Assembly: GCA_037441285.1 (NCBI GenBank)
Contig: JBBISL010000006.1
Span: 33,157 to 97,156, forward strand
Origin: a candidate division WOR-3 bacterium
GTDB taxonomy: Bacteria; Hydrothermota; Tepidihabitantia; Tepidihabitantales; Tepidihabitantaceae
Length of the DNA stretch: 64,000 bases
Direction: 5' to 3'
The position numbers and the translations under genes are program-made. The notes beneath the pieces were generated by a model, which made no database searches, was not told the DNA's origin, and saw only the letters and a list, made by a program, of their open reading frames with translations. Positions 39,323 to 49,883 of this stretch are shown here, piece after piece (the first letter of the stretch is position 1; each line of letters opens with the position of its first letter).

Positions 39323-40846
39323 ATGGCAATTGTGCTGGATGGCAAAGGATTGAAAATTGAAGACATTGTGCGGGTTGCGCGGGACCGGGAGAAGATTAAA
39401 CTTTCTGCTGGGGCGCGCGAGCGGATAAACAGATGTCGGGAGTTCGTTGAGGAAAAAATCCGCCAGCGGGCGGTGATGTACGGCATTACTACCGGTATCG
39501 GCGAACTTTCCGAGGTTGTTTTGTCTCCAGAGCAGATAAGGCAGTTTCAGCGGTATCTGGTCTATTCCCATTCTGCCGGGTGCGGAGAGCCGCTACCGGA
39601 AGAGGTTGTCCGGGCAGCGATGTGCTCGCGGATTAATGTGCTGGCGAACGGGCATTCTGGTATCAGGCTGGCGGTCGTTGAGCTTCTGGTGGAGATGCTC
39701 AATCGCGGGGTGACACCAGTGGTTTTTGACCGGGGTTCAGTGGGCGCCTGTGGCGACCTGTCGCCAATGAGCCAGATGGCACTGGTGCTATTGGGTGAGG
39801 GTGAGGCGATTTTTCAAGGGCGGCGAATGACCGGTGCGGAAGCGCTCGCTGCGGCTGGGCTCAAGCCAATTGAGTTTGAAGCCCGGGATGGACTGGCAAC
39901 AATTAACGGTTCCAATATGACTGCTGGTATGGGCGCACTGGAACTGTTCGATGCCCAGCGGTTAATAAAAACCTCTGAGATTGCGGCGGCGCTGACGCTC
40001 GAGGTGCTGAATGCCAATATGGCGGCGTACGACGAGAGGATTCACAAGGTGCGGGGGTATGCGGGTGCGGTCGCATGTGCCGAGAACATCCGGCGATTGA
40101 CCGCTGATTCGGAAATGCTGAAGCAACCGGGTAAAAAGGTACAGGACGCCTATGCGTTAAGGTCAACACCTCAGGTTGTGGGCGGTGCCAAAGATGCGCT
40201 TTCTTGGGCGCGGCAGATGTTTGAGACGGAGTTAAACGGAGTCGGTGACAATCCGCTCTTTTTCCCGGAAGACCAGGCATATTTGACCGGAGCGAACTTT
40301 CAGGGAACACCACTGGCGCTGGCACTGGATTTAACCGGCACCGCGGTGACAATGATTGCGGTGCTGGCAGAGCGCAGAACGAACCGGCTTTTGAACCGCA
40401 ACCTTTCGGTCGGGCTGCCGGCTTTCTTGACCAAGGGTGCTGGCATGTTTTCCGGTTTGATGTTGACTCAATACACGCAGGGGATGCTGGTTTGTGAGAA
40501 CCGGATTCTTTCGGCGCCGGCAGCAACCGGCTCGATTCCGGCTGCGGCGGACCAGGAGGATTTTGTTTCAATGTCCTTTACCTCAGCCCGAAAAACCGCA
40601 CAGATTCTTGAGAATGCCTGGTATGTAATTACGATTGAGCTACTCGCCGGTGCTCAGGCGGTTGAGTTCCGCAAACCGTTAAAGTTGGGTGTTGGGACAA
40701 ACCGGGCGTATCAAGCGATCAGGTCTGTGGTTGAGAAACTGGAAGAGGACCGGCCCTTGCAGTACGATATCAACCGGCTGAAAGAGCTGGTGAGTTCAGG
40801 CGAGTTATTGGCGCAGGTTGAGTCCGAAGTCGGTCCCCTGAAATAA
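39323..40846 (+). CDS. hutH: Histidine ammonia-lyase family enzyme
   Basis: YGITTGIG, SHSAG, GSVGACGDL, QDAYALRS, QEDFVSM. Confidence 0.85.
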   Translation: MAIVLDGKGLKIEDIVRVARDREKIKLSAGARERINRCREFVEEKIRQRAVMYGITTGIGELSEVVLSPEQIRQFQRYLVYSHSAGCGEPLPEEVVRAAMCSRINVLANGHSGIRLAVVELLVEMLNRGVTPVVFDRGSVGACGDLSPMSQMALVLLGEGEAIFQGRRMTGAEALAAAGLKPIEFEARDGLATINGSNMTAGMGALELFDAQRLIKTSEIAAALTLEVLNANMAAYDERIHKVRGYAGAVACAENIRRLTADSEMLKQPGKKVQDAYALRSTPQVVGGAKDALSWARQMFETELNGVGDNPLFFPEDQAYLTGANFQGTPLALALDLTGTAVTMIAVLAERRTNRLLNRNLSVGLPAFLTKGAGMFSGLMLTQYTQGMLVCENRILSAPAATGSIPAAADQEDFVSMSFTSARKTAQILENAWYVITIELLAGAQAVEFRKPLKLGVGTNRAYQAIRSVVEKLEEDRPLQYDINRLKELVSSGELLAQVESEVGPLK

Positions 40847-40856
40847 AGCGATTATT

Positions 40857-43800
40857 TTAGCGCTGAATGACCAGTTTTCTTGTTTGCAAAGCACCGGACG
40901 GGGTTGAGAGCCGAACCAGATAGATACCGTTGGGCAGGTTGGTGATGTCAAGTTGATGGATTGAGCCGGTAACGAAACGCTCGGATTTGACCAGTGTGCC
41001 CAGGGCGTTGAAGAGTTCAATTGTGAGTGGCGCATTATCAGGTGAAGCAATCGTCAGGATATGGCGTGCTGGATTGGGCGTGAGCGTCAAGGTCAGATTT
41101 TCCATCCGCGGTGCGGGTTCGGCGGTTATGCCATTGCGCCGGGGTGCGGGCGGTGAGAATAAACTCATCGTGTCCGGGATGTACACATAAAACTCGTTCG
41201 TGCCGTTACCCCGTAATGCCCAGACCTGGCGCCGCAGGAAGGTTAACGCACCACCCGCCTTTACGCGCTTACCCGAAGGTCCTTCGGGCATCTCCGACAA
41301 CTCATACCAGTTGTTCGTCGTTAAGTTGAAGCAATAGAAGTAGTTGCGGTTACCACCGGTAAGCGCATACAGTGTGTTATTACCATCGCTGGCGATGCCA
41401 CAACCGTCACCACAACGGGAGCGTTTACCCGATGATGAATATTCAGGCACTGCGGTCTTCATATGCCAGGCGTCCTCTTCAATCGAATACTCATAGAACT
41501 CGTTGACCTTGGACTTGATGGCGTAGAGATAGTCTGAGCCGTGGGCACACAAGGCAGAGCCGGACTTAAACTTTTTACCAGAAGGTCCGGCCGGTGCCTG
41601 GGCACGTGCCGCCCAGGTGTTGGTTTCGACCGAATACTCATAAAATTCGAAGGTGTTAGAGCCCTTCAAGAGGTAAACGAAACCGCTGTTGTTCCTGTTG
41701 ACATAGGCTAAACCGGTGCCACCTTTTAAGGTTTTACTGCCCGCGGGCACATCAGGCAGCTGCGTCCAGGTGTTTTCGATGATATCGTAACGCCAGAATT
41801 CAAGGGTACCGTTACCCTTTGTCGCATAGACATACCGTTCACCATCGGAGCAAAGCGCCCCGCCTTTGCGCACCGGTTTACCGGATGGTCCGGTTGGCAT
41901 TGCGGGCAGGGCACGCCAGATACCAGACTGGACATTGTAAACATAGAAGTCAAGCGTCTTATTGCCGCGCAGGGCGTAGATTCGGGCGGTGTCGGTTTCA
42001 ATGCCGGCGAGGGCGCCGCCGTGCTTTACCGGATTGGCACCCGGAGGAAGGTCAGGTCGGCGTTGCCAGCCCAGGGCACCAGGCGAGACGCGCACTTTTA
42101 CATTCAGGCTGTCGTTTGCCGGTTCAGCGTCACCGGGCGCGACTACCGCAGCAATCAGCCGATAGTAACCGATGGTTGCCGCCCAGGGGGGCAGACGCAC
42201 ATCACGGGTTTCGCCAGGGGCAAGTTCTGGGGTGGCAGCGGAATCGTAATAAATCAGACTACCGCTCACGGTGTCGATGATGGTCAGAAATACCTGACAC
42301 TCGGTCGGAATCGAGCCAAAGTTCTTTGTCCGGGCGATGGGAGAGACAATCATTGGTCGCATATCACCCTGCGGCGAAATCGAAACCAGTCCGACATCCC
42401 GCATCACCACCCGACAGGTGGTTGAAAGGGTGTCGTTTCTGGGATTGGGGTCACCGAGCCCAACTGAGCAACGAACGGTGTAGTTACCCGGAGTTGCGGT
42501 CCAGGTTGAAAATTGGACATCGCGGGTTGAGTCTTGAGGCAGGAGGTTGACAAGTGCCGAATCAAAGAACACGGTGCCTGAGGTGCCGGTTATCTTTAAG
42601 AATGTTTTAAAGGAGCGAGCAGTGGGCGAGTAGTTGGCAACACGGGCAATTGGTGTAATATCGCCTGGGTCAACATCACCACTGGGTGCGATAATCTCAA
42701 CAACACCAACATCGGTACCAACCACGCTGACCGTTCCGCTGGCGCGGTCGTTTAGAGGATTTTGGTCGCGCGAGAGCAAAGTGGTGCAGCGGGCGCTGAA
42801 AGTCCCGGGTGTGTTGGCGTACCAGTCCGGGAAGGATATCACCGTATCGGCACCGGCCGCTAAGGAGACCGAGAGCTGGGCAAGGTAGCCATCCGTGATG
42901 GTGAACCGGCAGAAGAACACCTCACCGGTTGAACCGAGGTTGCGAAGCCGTGCCTGAGGGGTAATTACCGCGCCCGAGTCTACAGTACCGGTGGGTGCGA
43001 CAATGGCGACCGCGGCGACATCGTGTACCAGCACGGTTGTGCTCAACCCTGTCGTGTCGTTAGCGCGGTTGGCGTCATTTGCCACATAAACCGAGCACAT
43101 AACCGCCAGGGTGCCGCGCGGTGCATTGACCCGCCAGGGTGTAAGGTTAATGGTATCGGTTGAACCGGGGTTAATTGTCGTTGATAACGAGTCGCTGTAA
43201 AAGGAGCCGATTCGAACAAAAACCCGGGCATTCTCCTGAACCGAACCTAAATTGGCAACCGTTACCCGCACCGGCACCAATGAGTTCGAATCAACAAAAG
43301 CGGAGGGCGAGACGATAGTGCGGGCGGCGAGGTCGTGCACCGCAACCGTGAACGAACCGGTGACGCGGTCGTTTGTTGGCACCAAATCACCGCTAAGCCT
43401 GGTTGAGCAGGCGGTAGCGTATGTTCCGCGCGGACCGCAGAGCCAGTTGGAGAAATAGACATTGACCGATTCACCCGGGGCAAGGTTGTTCACCAGCGCG
43501 CTGTCAAGCCAGGTGGTTGTGCCGGTGATCCGGAAGATTGCCCGGAAGTTTTCGGTGGTGTTCCCGAAGTTCCGGACTCGTGCCTGAACCGGTAAAGTGG
43601 ATGCCGAATCAACATTGCCAATCGGTGCGAGAATTTTGGTACAGGCGACATCCCGGACCCGGACAAAAACATTGGCGGTTGCGAGGTCATTGGGCGGGTT
43701 GTTGTCCCCGGCCAGTTCGGTTGAGCACCGGACGGTGCGTGTGCCCCGCGGCAATGCGGTCCAGGAGGGGAAGTTAACGGTGTCAATCGTGCCCGCGGCA

Positions 43801-46334
43801 AGGGTTTTGGTGCGGGTGTGGCTATAGCCGGTGCCGGAAATCGTCAGAACGATGGGGAAGGTTTCGTTGGTGTTACCGTAATTGCGCACCGTCGCCTGGA
43901 GCGGGACGACAGTGCCGGAGTCAACCGTTGCCGGTACTGAGATAGACACAACCCCGACATCGCGATAACGGACAAACACCGAACTGCTGATACGGTTGTT
44001 TGCCGGGTAAGTGTCGCCGGCGAGCATCGTTGAGCACCGGACCGCAAGGTTGCCAGCCGGTTGCGCGGTCCAGACCGGGAAAGAGGCGAGGGCAGAGTCG
44101 TTGGCACCGATGAAAGGGATGATGGTGTCGGCGCTGTAGCCGGCGCCAATCGTGAAGCGGACCGGGCAGTTTGTCACCGGAACCGGTGAGTAGTTGCGGA
44201 TGCGCGCCTGGGGTACAATCGGCGTGCCGTAGTCAACGGTGCCGGTGGGCTGAATGATGCGGCTGACCCCGACATCAAGGTTGGTGGCAATGACCTGCGC
44301 TGAATCCCGGTCCGGCAGGTAGTTCGGTTTGGTTGCGGTGACATACAGATAGCCCGGGGTGGTTGGGTTGATGGAGAATGTCACCTGGCCCGCCGCGTTG
44401 GTGTAGTTGCGGGTGTAAACCTCGCTGCCTTTCCAGAGGCAAACAAGGGCGCCCGATACCGGGTTTGAGCCGGAGCGGACGGTCACGGTGAAGTTCTGGA
44501 TGCCGATATTGATGGGTGAAGCGAACTGGGCGTCAAGTTGCGCCGGAACCTGTTCATACATCAACTGGAGCGGGTCACCAAAGTAGTTCAGTTCAAAGTA
44601 GCACCAGCGCCAGGCACCGTCACCGGCGTTAGCCGAACTCTGATAAACCTCTTTGGATTCGGCATGGGTTAGACCGATGGGCATTGTGTCGTGGTTAAAG
44701 AAGTAGTCGTAGAAGCGGATGTCCAGTTTTTCGGATGGTCCAAGCGCTGGTGGTGTGCCCCAGCCATAGCGGGAGTTCATAATCACATTGAGGGCACCGC
44801 CGGTGGCGCAGTTGTGGCTTGCCTCGGCAAGGCAGTCCGAGTATTCAAAGTTTCCAGGGTAGCAGGCGATGGAGTTGATTAAGCCGACGCGCGAGCCGTT
44901 GTTGTGGCCCGAGGTGACACTGGTTGAGTAGTAGGCGGTGGAGTTGTGGTAGATGCCGACATCGTTGCCATGGCCTACCATATGGGCGAACTGGAACCCA
45001 TGGTTAAGGGAGTCGCGCACCATCGTGGTGTTGGTCGGATAGTGAATGCGCACTTCTGACCAGCCCGAAGGTAAAAGGTTCGCGATGGAGTCGTTGCACA
45101 TTGAGTCGTTGTAACCACTCCAGAGATAGGCTTCCACCAGGAGGATGCGGCGCAGATAGTCGGTGGGCGGGTTGGTTTCGTGGGTGATGACCTTATTGAC
45201 AAAGGTCTTTACCTGATTGGTGTCGTCAACACTTGCCCGACCAACATAAAGGTCGTAGTACAGGTCGGTCGTGTCCTGGCCATACTCGCCAAAGATGTTG
45301 TCGTTGTCTCCGTCCCAGGACCACTGCAGGTCAACATAGTACAAGTCGCACGGGATATTGCCGGTTTCCCCGGCACAGTAGGTACGCGCCTGCCGGGATG
45401 GGACGATGCTGTGGTCGCCACCCAGAAGCACCCACATTGTGCCATAGTTGTTAAAGTAGTCCCGGACGAAGTTGCGGATTTTTTCCTGAAGGTCCCGGCC
45501 CGAGTAGTTGCTGTTTATCCAGGAGGTGGTGCGGGCAACGGTGGAGTAGCCCATTTTTGTCCGCCAGTTGACAAGAGGCTGGAAATAAGGTTCCAGGGTG
45601 CTGTTGGTGACAATCACATAGTCGTAGGTGCCAAAGTCGGTCGCCTTTTTCGGTGGGGCATAACGCAGGACATCTTCCGGGTTGGCAACGATGGACTGGA
45701 CCGCAGCCGAGAACAGTTTTTGCTGCTTTTCGGTTAATGAAATGTTCTCAGCCGAAGGGTCGGTTTCGTAATTTATCGACAGTTTTAATCTTGAGGCGAT
45801 GATGTAAGAGCGGGTTTGCGGGTCGTATCGGACCGGGTTCAGGGTGATGGTAACAAGTCGGAACCCGGATTTGATGCCCACCGGGCTGATTGAAAACAGG
45901 TTTTCGGGCCAGAGCGCAGAGCCCTGATAGACCGTGGGGTCAGGCTCGACAAAGTCGGGCAGTTTGGGCTGCGAGACCGGCACCGGTGGCTGCGCCGGAA
46001 ATGGCGGATTTTCTGCTGGTAATGTCACGATGTTTTCCGGCGTGACCGTGACTGCGCCCGGTTTCATCCCCTGAGGGATGACAAGGGTGAAAGAGTAGAC
46101 CGGAAGGATTGGTTTGCCTATCTCCCGGGTGTAGTCAACCGTAAAATGATAGCGGTTGAGTTGCGGGTCATTGGTGGGGGCAAGGAGAGAAAATGCCCTG
46201 CCCTCCTGGTAAATCGGTTCCACATTAAAGGACTGAGGTGAAAATTGAAATGTTTTAGACCAACCAGCGCCGATTAAATAGCCGATTAGTCCGAATAACA
46301 ATGTAATGAGTGTGACAATGACCTTGTGCCGCAT
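40857..46334 (-). CDS. Gingipain-like C25 cysteine peptidase: propeptide, catalytic domain, Ig, 7 CARDB-like repeats, Kelch-like propeller, T9SS tail
   Basis: MVGHGN and SIACYPG dyad, YFGDP, seven DVGV-type repeats, YALxGxxTxEF repeats, PNPARH...NGIYLV. Confidence 0.85.
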   Translation of the reverse strand: MRHKVIVTLITLLFGLIGYLIGAGWSKTFQFSPQSFNVEPIYQEGRAFSLLAPTNDPQLNRYHFTVDYTREIGKPILPVYSFTLVIPQGMKPGAVTVTPENIVTLPAENPPFPAQPPVPVSQPKLPDFVEPDPTVYQGSALWPENLFSISPVGIKSGFRLVTITLNPVRYDPQTRSYIIASRLKLSINYETDPSAENISLTEKQQKLFSAAVQSIVANPEDVLRYAPPKKATDFGTYDYVIVTNSTLEPYFQPLVNWRTKMGYSTVARTTSWINSNYSGRDLQEKIRNFVRDYFNNYGTMWVLLGGDHSIVPSRQARTYCAGETGNIPCDLYYVDLQWSWDGDNDNIFGEYGQDTTDLYYDLYVGRASVDDTNQVKTFVNKVITHETNPPTDYLRRILLVEAYLWSGYNDSMCNDSIANLLPSGWSEVRIHYPTNTTMVRDSLNHGFQFAHMVGHGNDVGIYHNSTAYYSTSVTSGHNNGSRVGLINSIACYPGNFEYSDCLAEASHNCATGGALNVIMNSRYGWGTPPALGPSEKLDIRFYDYFFNHDTMPIGLTHAESKEVYQSSANAGDGAWRWCYFELNYFGDPLQLMYEQVPAQLDAQFASPINIGIQNFTVTVRSGSNPVSGALVCLWKGSEVYTRNYTNAAGQVTFSINPTTPGYLYVTATKPNYLPDRDSAQVIATNLDVGVSRIIQPTGTVDYGTPIVPQARIRNYSPVPVTNCPVRFTIGAGYSADTIIPFIGANDSALASFPVWTAQPAGNLAVRCSTMLAGDTYPANNRISSSVFVRYRDVGVVSISVPATVDSGTVVPLQATVRNYGNTNETFPIVLTISGTGYSHTRTKTLAAGTIDTVNFPSWTALPRGTRTVRCSTELAGDNNPPNDLATANVFVRVRDVACTKILAPIGNVDSASTLPVQARVRNFGNTTENFRAIFRITGTTTWLDSALVNNLAPGESVNVYFSNWLCGPRGTYATACSTRLSGDLVPTNDRVTGSFTVAVHDLAARTIVSPSAFVDSNSLVPVRVTVANLGSVQENARVFVRIGSFYSDSLSTTINPGSTDTINLTPWRVNAPRGTLAVMCSVYVANDANRANDTTGLSTTVLVHDVAAVAIVAPTGTVDSGAVITPQARLRNLGSTGEVFFCRFTITDGYLAQLSVSLAAGADTVISFPDWYANTPGTFSARCTTLLSRDQNPLNDRASGTVSVVGTDVGVVEIIAPSGDVDPGDITPIARVANYSPTARSFKTFLKITGTSGTVFFDSALVNLLPQDSTRDVQFSTWTATPGNYTVRCSVGLGDPNPRNDTLSTTCRVVMRDVGLVSISPQGDMRPMIVSPIARTKNFGSIPTECQVFLTIIDTVSGSLIYYDSAATPELAPGETRDVRLPPWAATIGYYRLIAAVVAPGDAEPANDSLNVKVRVSPGALGWQRRPDLPPGANPVKHGGALAGIETDTARIYALRGNKTLDFYVYNVQSGIWRALPAMPTGPSGKPVRKGGALCSDGERYVYATKGNGTLEFWRYDIIENTWTQLPDVPAGSKTLKGGTGLAYVNRNNSGFVYLLKGSNTFEFYEYSVETNTWAARAQAPAGPSGKKFKSGSALCAHGSDYLYAIKSKVNEFYEYSIEEDAWHMKTAVPEYSSSGKRSRCGDGCGIASDGNNTLYALTGGNRNYFYCFNLTTNNWYELSEMPEGPSGKRVKAGGALTFLRRQVWALRGNGTNEFYVYIPDTMSLFSPPAPRRNGITAEPAPRMENLTLTLTPNPARHILTIASPDNAPLTIELFNALGTLVKSERFVTGSIHQLDITNLPNGIYLVRLSTPSGALQTRKLVIQR

Positions 46335-46485
46335 TCTGGCACCTCCTTTGGTTTATAGGTGTTTAACTGAATGGGTTCTTTTAACTGATGCTTCCACCGA
46401 ATTGGGGTGGAGGGTGGTTTTTGTTGCCAGACCGCAGTAGATGGTCATAAGCACCACGCCTATGGTTTAATCCGAGCCTGATTAT

Positions 46486-46514
46486 ATTATGCCAGAAAAT
46501 GTCAACGCTGTCAA
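46486..46514 (-). promoter_or_regulatory. sigma70-type promoter of the C25 peptidase gene
   Basis: TTGACA-N17-CATAAT. Confidence 0.6.
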
Positions 46515-46932
46515 GCAAAATTTCCCGGCGCCTCAGGACAGCGCAATTAACGCCGGTTGCGGTTCGGGTCGGAACCTATTGGATGGGTTGACAGGGTTTG
46601 CGCTGGGTTCAATAAAGCGGGCATTAAGGCAGATATTGAGGCGTGAGTAGAAAATATTCAGCATATACCCCAAAAGATTCTTGTGCCCGGTTTTTCGGGG
46701 TGGGTATCGGGTAGGGATTATGGTGTAACACTATAGATTATCAATGAGATAGGTATTATGATGGCGTTGCAAACCGAATTATCCGGGAAGATGCCCGATG
46801 ACAGGGTGCGGCTTATAATCGCAAATTGATTTGAGCCCTTTTTGCCGAATAAGGCGGTAATGGGAAGAATAAAAAAAGACCGGATAAGGGTATCCTTGAC
46901 TTTTTTAAGGGTCGTGGTATTTTATTTATTAA

Positions 46933-48186
46933 ATGAGAAGCAGGTCGGTATCGGATGGCGTTTTTGCCGGCGTGCCGGAGGTTCTGCAGGATTTCCGGAA
47001 GGGTAAGCTGGTTATTGTGGTGGATGATGAGGCGCGCGAGAACGAGGGTGATTTAATCGGCGCAGCGGCAAAGATTACACCGGACAAGGTCAACTTTATG
47101 GCAAAACATGGCCGGGGTTTGATATGTGTTGCGCTGACCCCGGAGCGGTGCGCCGAACTGGACCTTTTGCCCGCGGTTCAGAACAGCACCGCGTTGCACG
47201 GCACCGCCTGGACCGTTTCGGTTGATGCGGTGAAAGGGACAACAACCGGTATATCGGCACACGACCGGGCGGTGACAATCAAGGCGCTGGTGAACCCTAA
47301 AACCAAGCCGACCGATTTGGCGCGGCCCGGGCACATCTTCCCGTTGATGGCGCGACCCGGCGGGGTGCTGGTTCGTGCGGGCCATACCGAAGCGGCGGTT
47401 GACCTGGCGCGGCTTGCCGGGCTTTATCCCGCCGGGGTTTTGTGCGAAGTGATGGCGGATGATGGCAAGATGGCGCGGCTGCCTGAGTTGCAACGGCTGG
47501 CAAAAAAGTTCGGGCTAAAGATTCTGACAATAAAAGACCTGATTGAGTTTCGGCGCCAGCGCGAGGTGCTGGTGCGCCGGGTTGTGGAAACAAAGCTGCC
47601 CACAAAGTTTGGTGAGTTTAAGTTGATTGTTTATGAGGATGAGGTTGAGCAGTATGCCCATCTCGCTCTGGTCAAGGGCGATGTTGCCGGAAAGGAGCGG
47701 GTACTGGTGCGCGTCCATTCCCAGTGCCTGACCGGTGATGTGTTTCACTCCTTGCGTTGTGATTGCGGGCAGCAACTGGCCGAGGCGATGCGCATAATCA
47801 GCCGTGAAGGGCGCGGAGTTGTGCTGTATATGAGGCAGGAGGGCAGGGGAATTGGTTTGACCAACAAGTTGCGGGCGTATGCGCTTCAGGACCGCGGTCT
47901 GGATACGGTGGAGGCAAATCTGGCACTTGGGTTTCCAGCCGATTTACGGGATTATGGGATTGGTGCGCAGATTCTCTGTGACCTCGGGCTGTCGTCAATC
48001 CGGCTTTTGACCAACAACCCGCGCAAGGTTGTCGGGCTGGCCGGTTTTGGCTTGAAGATTGTCGAGCGGGTGCCGATTGTGGTAAAACCAAATCGGCGCA
48101 ACCTGCGTTATCTGGTTACCAAAAGGGACCGCCTGGGACATATCTTGGGCGACATTGAGAAAGGGGTGAGTGATGGAAAGGCGTGA
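46933..48186 (+). CDS. ribBA: DHBP synthase / GTP cyclohydrolase II
   Basis: [27 protein letters not shown]...RCDCG, LTNNPRK. Confidence 0.95.
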   Translation: MRSRSVSDGVFAGVPEVLQDFRKGKLVIVVDDEARENEGDLIGAAAKITPDKVNFMAKHGRGLICVALTPERCAELDLLPAVQNSTALHGTAWTVSVDAVKGTTTGISAHDRAVTIKALVNPKTKPTDLARPGHIFPLMARPGGVLVRAGHTEAAVDLARLAGLYPAGVLCEVMADDGKMARLPELQRLAKKFGLKILTIKDLIEFRRQREVLVRRVVETKLPTKFGEFKLIVYEDEVEQYAHLALVKGDVAGKERVLVRVHSQCLTGDVFHSLRCDCGQQLAEAMRIISREGRGVVLYMRQEGRGIGLTNKLRAYALQDRGLDTVEANLALGFPADLRDYGIGAQILCDLGLSSIRLLTNNPRKVVGLAGFGLKIVERVPIVVKPNRRNLRYLVTKRDRLGHILGDIEKGVSDGKA

Positions 48187-48634
48187 GTTTAAAGGCCGGT
48201 TTGATGCCAGCGGCAAGCGATTTGCCGTTGTTGTTGCCCGGTTTAACGATTTGATAAGCCGGGCGTTGCTCGATGGTACCCTTGACTGCTTTGAGCGGCA
48301 CGGCGCCGCGGGTGTCGATGTGGTCTGGGTGCCGGGCGCTTTTGAGATGCCCGCGGTGGTTTTGGGTCTGGCACGTTCCAAACGATACAACGGTATTGTC
48401 GGCTTAGGAGCGGTGATTCGGGGTGACACACCGCATGCCGAGTACATTGCGGCTGAGGTGACGAAGGGGCTGGCAAAGGTTTCTTATGAGACCGGAATGC
48501 CGGTTTCTTTCGGAATCATTACCGCGGAAAGTCTGGAACAGGCGCTGGAGCGGGCTGGTGCCAAACAGGGAAATAAGGGCTGGATGGCAGCGCTGGCGGT
48601 GATTGAACTTGCCAACTTGAAGGTCGAGGGCTGA
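48173..48634 (+). CDS. ribH: Lumazine synthase
   Basis: [26 protein letters not shown]. Confidence 0.95.
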   Translation: MERREFKGRFDASGKRFAVVVARFNDLISRALLDGTLDCFERHGAAGVDVVWVPGAFEMPAVVLGLARSKRYNGIVGLGAVIRGDTPHAEYIAAEVTKGLAKVSYETGMPVSFGIITAESLEQALERAGAKQGNKGWMAALAVIELANLKVEG

Positions 48635-48683
48635 GCGCCCAGGGCACAGTGCCTTTTGAACTGCGCGCCGACAGGAGGGCGTG

Positions 48684-49130
48684 ATGACCCAGCGCCGATT
48701 GGCACGGGAGAGCGCGGTTGAGGTGCTTTACCGACTTGATTTGGTGGCGGACGAGCCGGAAGCGGTGATTCAGGAGATTTGTGCCCGCAAAAACCCGTCC
48801 GAAGAGGCGGAGAGTTATATGCGTCGGATTGTGCAAACAGTGGAAAGGCATCAAGACGAGATTGACCGGGTATTGAAAACACACCTGAAGCGGTGGCGGC
48901 TGGAGCGGTTGACATTTATCGACCGGGCGATTCTGCGGATGGGTTGTGCCGAGATTTTGTTTTTTGATGATGTACCACCCAAGGTGGCGATAAATGAGGC
49001 GGTGGAGATTGCCAAGAAGTTTGGCGACGACAATGCCGGCAAGTTTGTAAACGGGGTTCTGGACGGGGTGTACAAAGACCATTGTGGGGGGCAAAGGGGT
49101 AGTGGCGATGATTCTCGGGGTGTTGAGTGA
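48684..49130 (+). CDS. nusB: Transcription antitermination factor NusB
   Basis: RRLARE, IDRAILR, INEAVEIAKKFG...FVNGVLD. Confidence 0.95.
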   Translation: MTQRRLARESAVEVLYRLDLVADEPEAVIQEICARKNPSEEAESYMRRIVQTVERHQDEIDRVLKTHLKRWRLERLTFIDRAILRMGCAEILFFDDVPPKVAINEAVEIAKKFGDDNAGKFVNGVLDGVYKDHCGGQRGSGDDSRGVE

Positions 49131-49836
49131 TATCCACGGAAATCTGGAGGCGCTGACCGCGGTTTTGCAACTGTTTAGCGAGAAGGGTGTGCAAACGGTG
49201 CTCTGTGCCGGGGACATTGTGGGTTATGGACCAGACCCGGAACGGTGTATTGAGCATATGCAGAAAGTCGGGGCAAAAACGGTCGCGGGCAATCACGAAT
49301 GGGGTGTGCTGGGGAAAACAGATATTGACTCTTTTAACCATTCAGCCCGGTTTGCGATTAAGTGGACGCAAAAGCGGTTGCGCGCGGCGCAAAGGGAGTA
49401 TCTGGGAAATTTACCGCTGATTTATCAGTTCGGTCCAATTCATATGGTGCACGCTGCGCCATCAGACCCGCCGAGCTGGGACTATTTGCTGAGCCTTGAG
49501 GATGTGGCGGGTGAAATGGGCACATTCACCCAGGACATCTGTATTGTGGGTCATACCCACATTCCGATGGCGGTGGAACGGATTTCCGGAAGCCGGGTTC
49601 AATTGAAACACGGTGATGGCTTCTATATCCGGGAGGATGCTAAATATCTGCTGAACGCCGGTAGTGTGGGCCAGCCGCGTGATGGTGACCCCAGGGCTTG
49701 TTGTTTGATTATCAACCTGAGCGAGCGCTCGGTAGGTTTTTATCGTGTGGGATACGACATCCGGGCAACACAGGAAAAGATGCGACAGGCAGGTTTGCCC
49801 GAAGAGCTTGCCGACCGGCTTGCCCGGGGTCGATAA
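49108..49836 (+). CDS. Metallophosphoesterase
   Basis: SDIHGN, GDIVGYG, GNHE, GHTH, GSVGQPRDGD. Confidence 0.9.
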   Translation: MILGVLSDIHGNLEALTAVLQLFSEKGVQTVLCAGDIVGYGPDPERCIEHMQKVGAKTVAGNHEWGVLGKTDIDSFNHSARFAIKWTQKRLRAAQREYLGNLPLIYQFGPIHMVHAAPSDPPSWDYLLSLEDVAGEMGTFTQDICIVGHTHIPMAVERISGSRVQLKHGDGFYIREDAKYLLNAGSVGQPRDGDPRACCLIINLSERSVGFYRVGYDIRATQEKMRQAGLPEELADRLARGR

Positions 49837-49843
49837 AATAAAA

Positions 49844-49864
49844 GGGGCGGCAGCACGCCGCCCC
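49844..49864. terminator. Bidirectional intrinsic terminator
   Basis: GGGGCGGC-N5-GCCGCCCC flanked by A- and T-tracts, between convergent genes. Confidence 0.8.
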
Positions 49865-49883
49865 AATTTTTTGCTCGGTTAAC

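Noticed and set aside
46520..46930. FMN riboswitch upstream of ribBA
   Set aside because: No RFN consensus visible, and the promoter (46896-46923) lies 9 nt from the ATG, leaving no leader
48699..48716. sigma54-like TTGGCACG in nusB (and GGCACG at about 22090)
   Set aside because: No TTGC at -12; the nusB copy is within coding sequence
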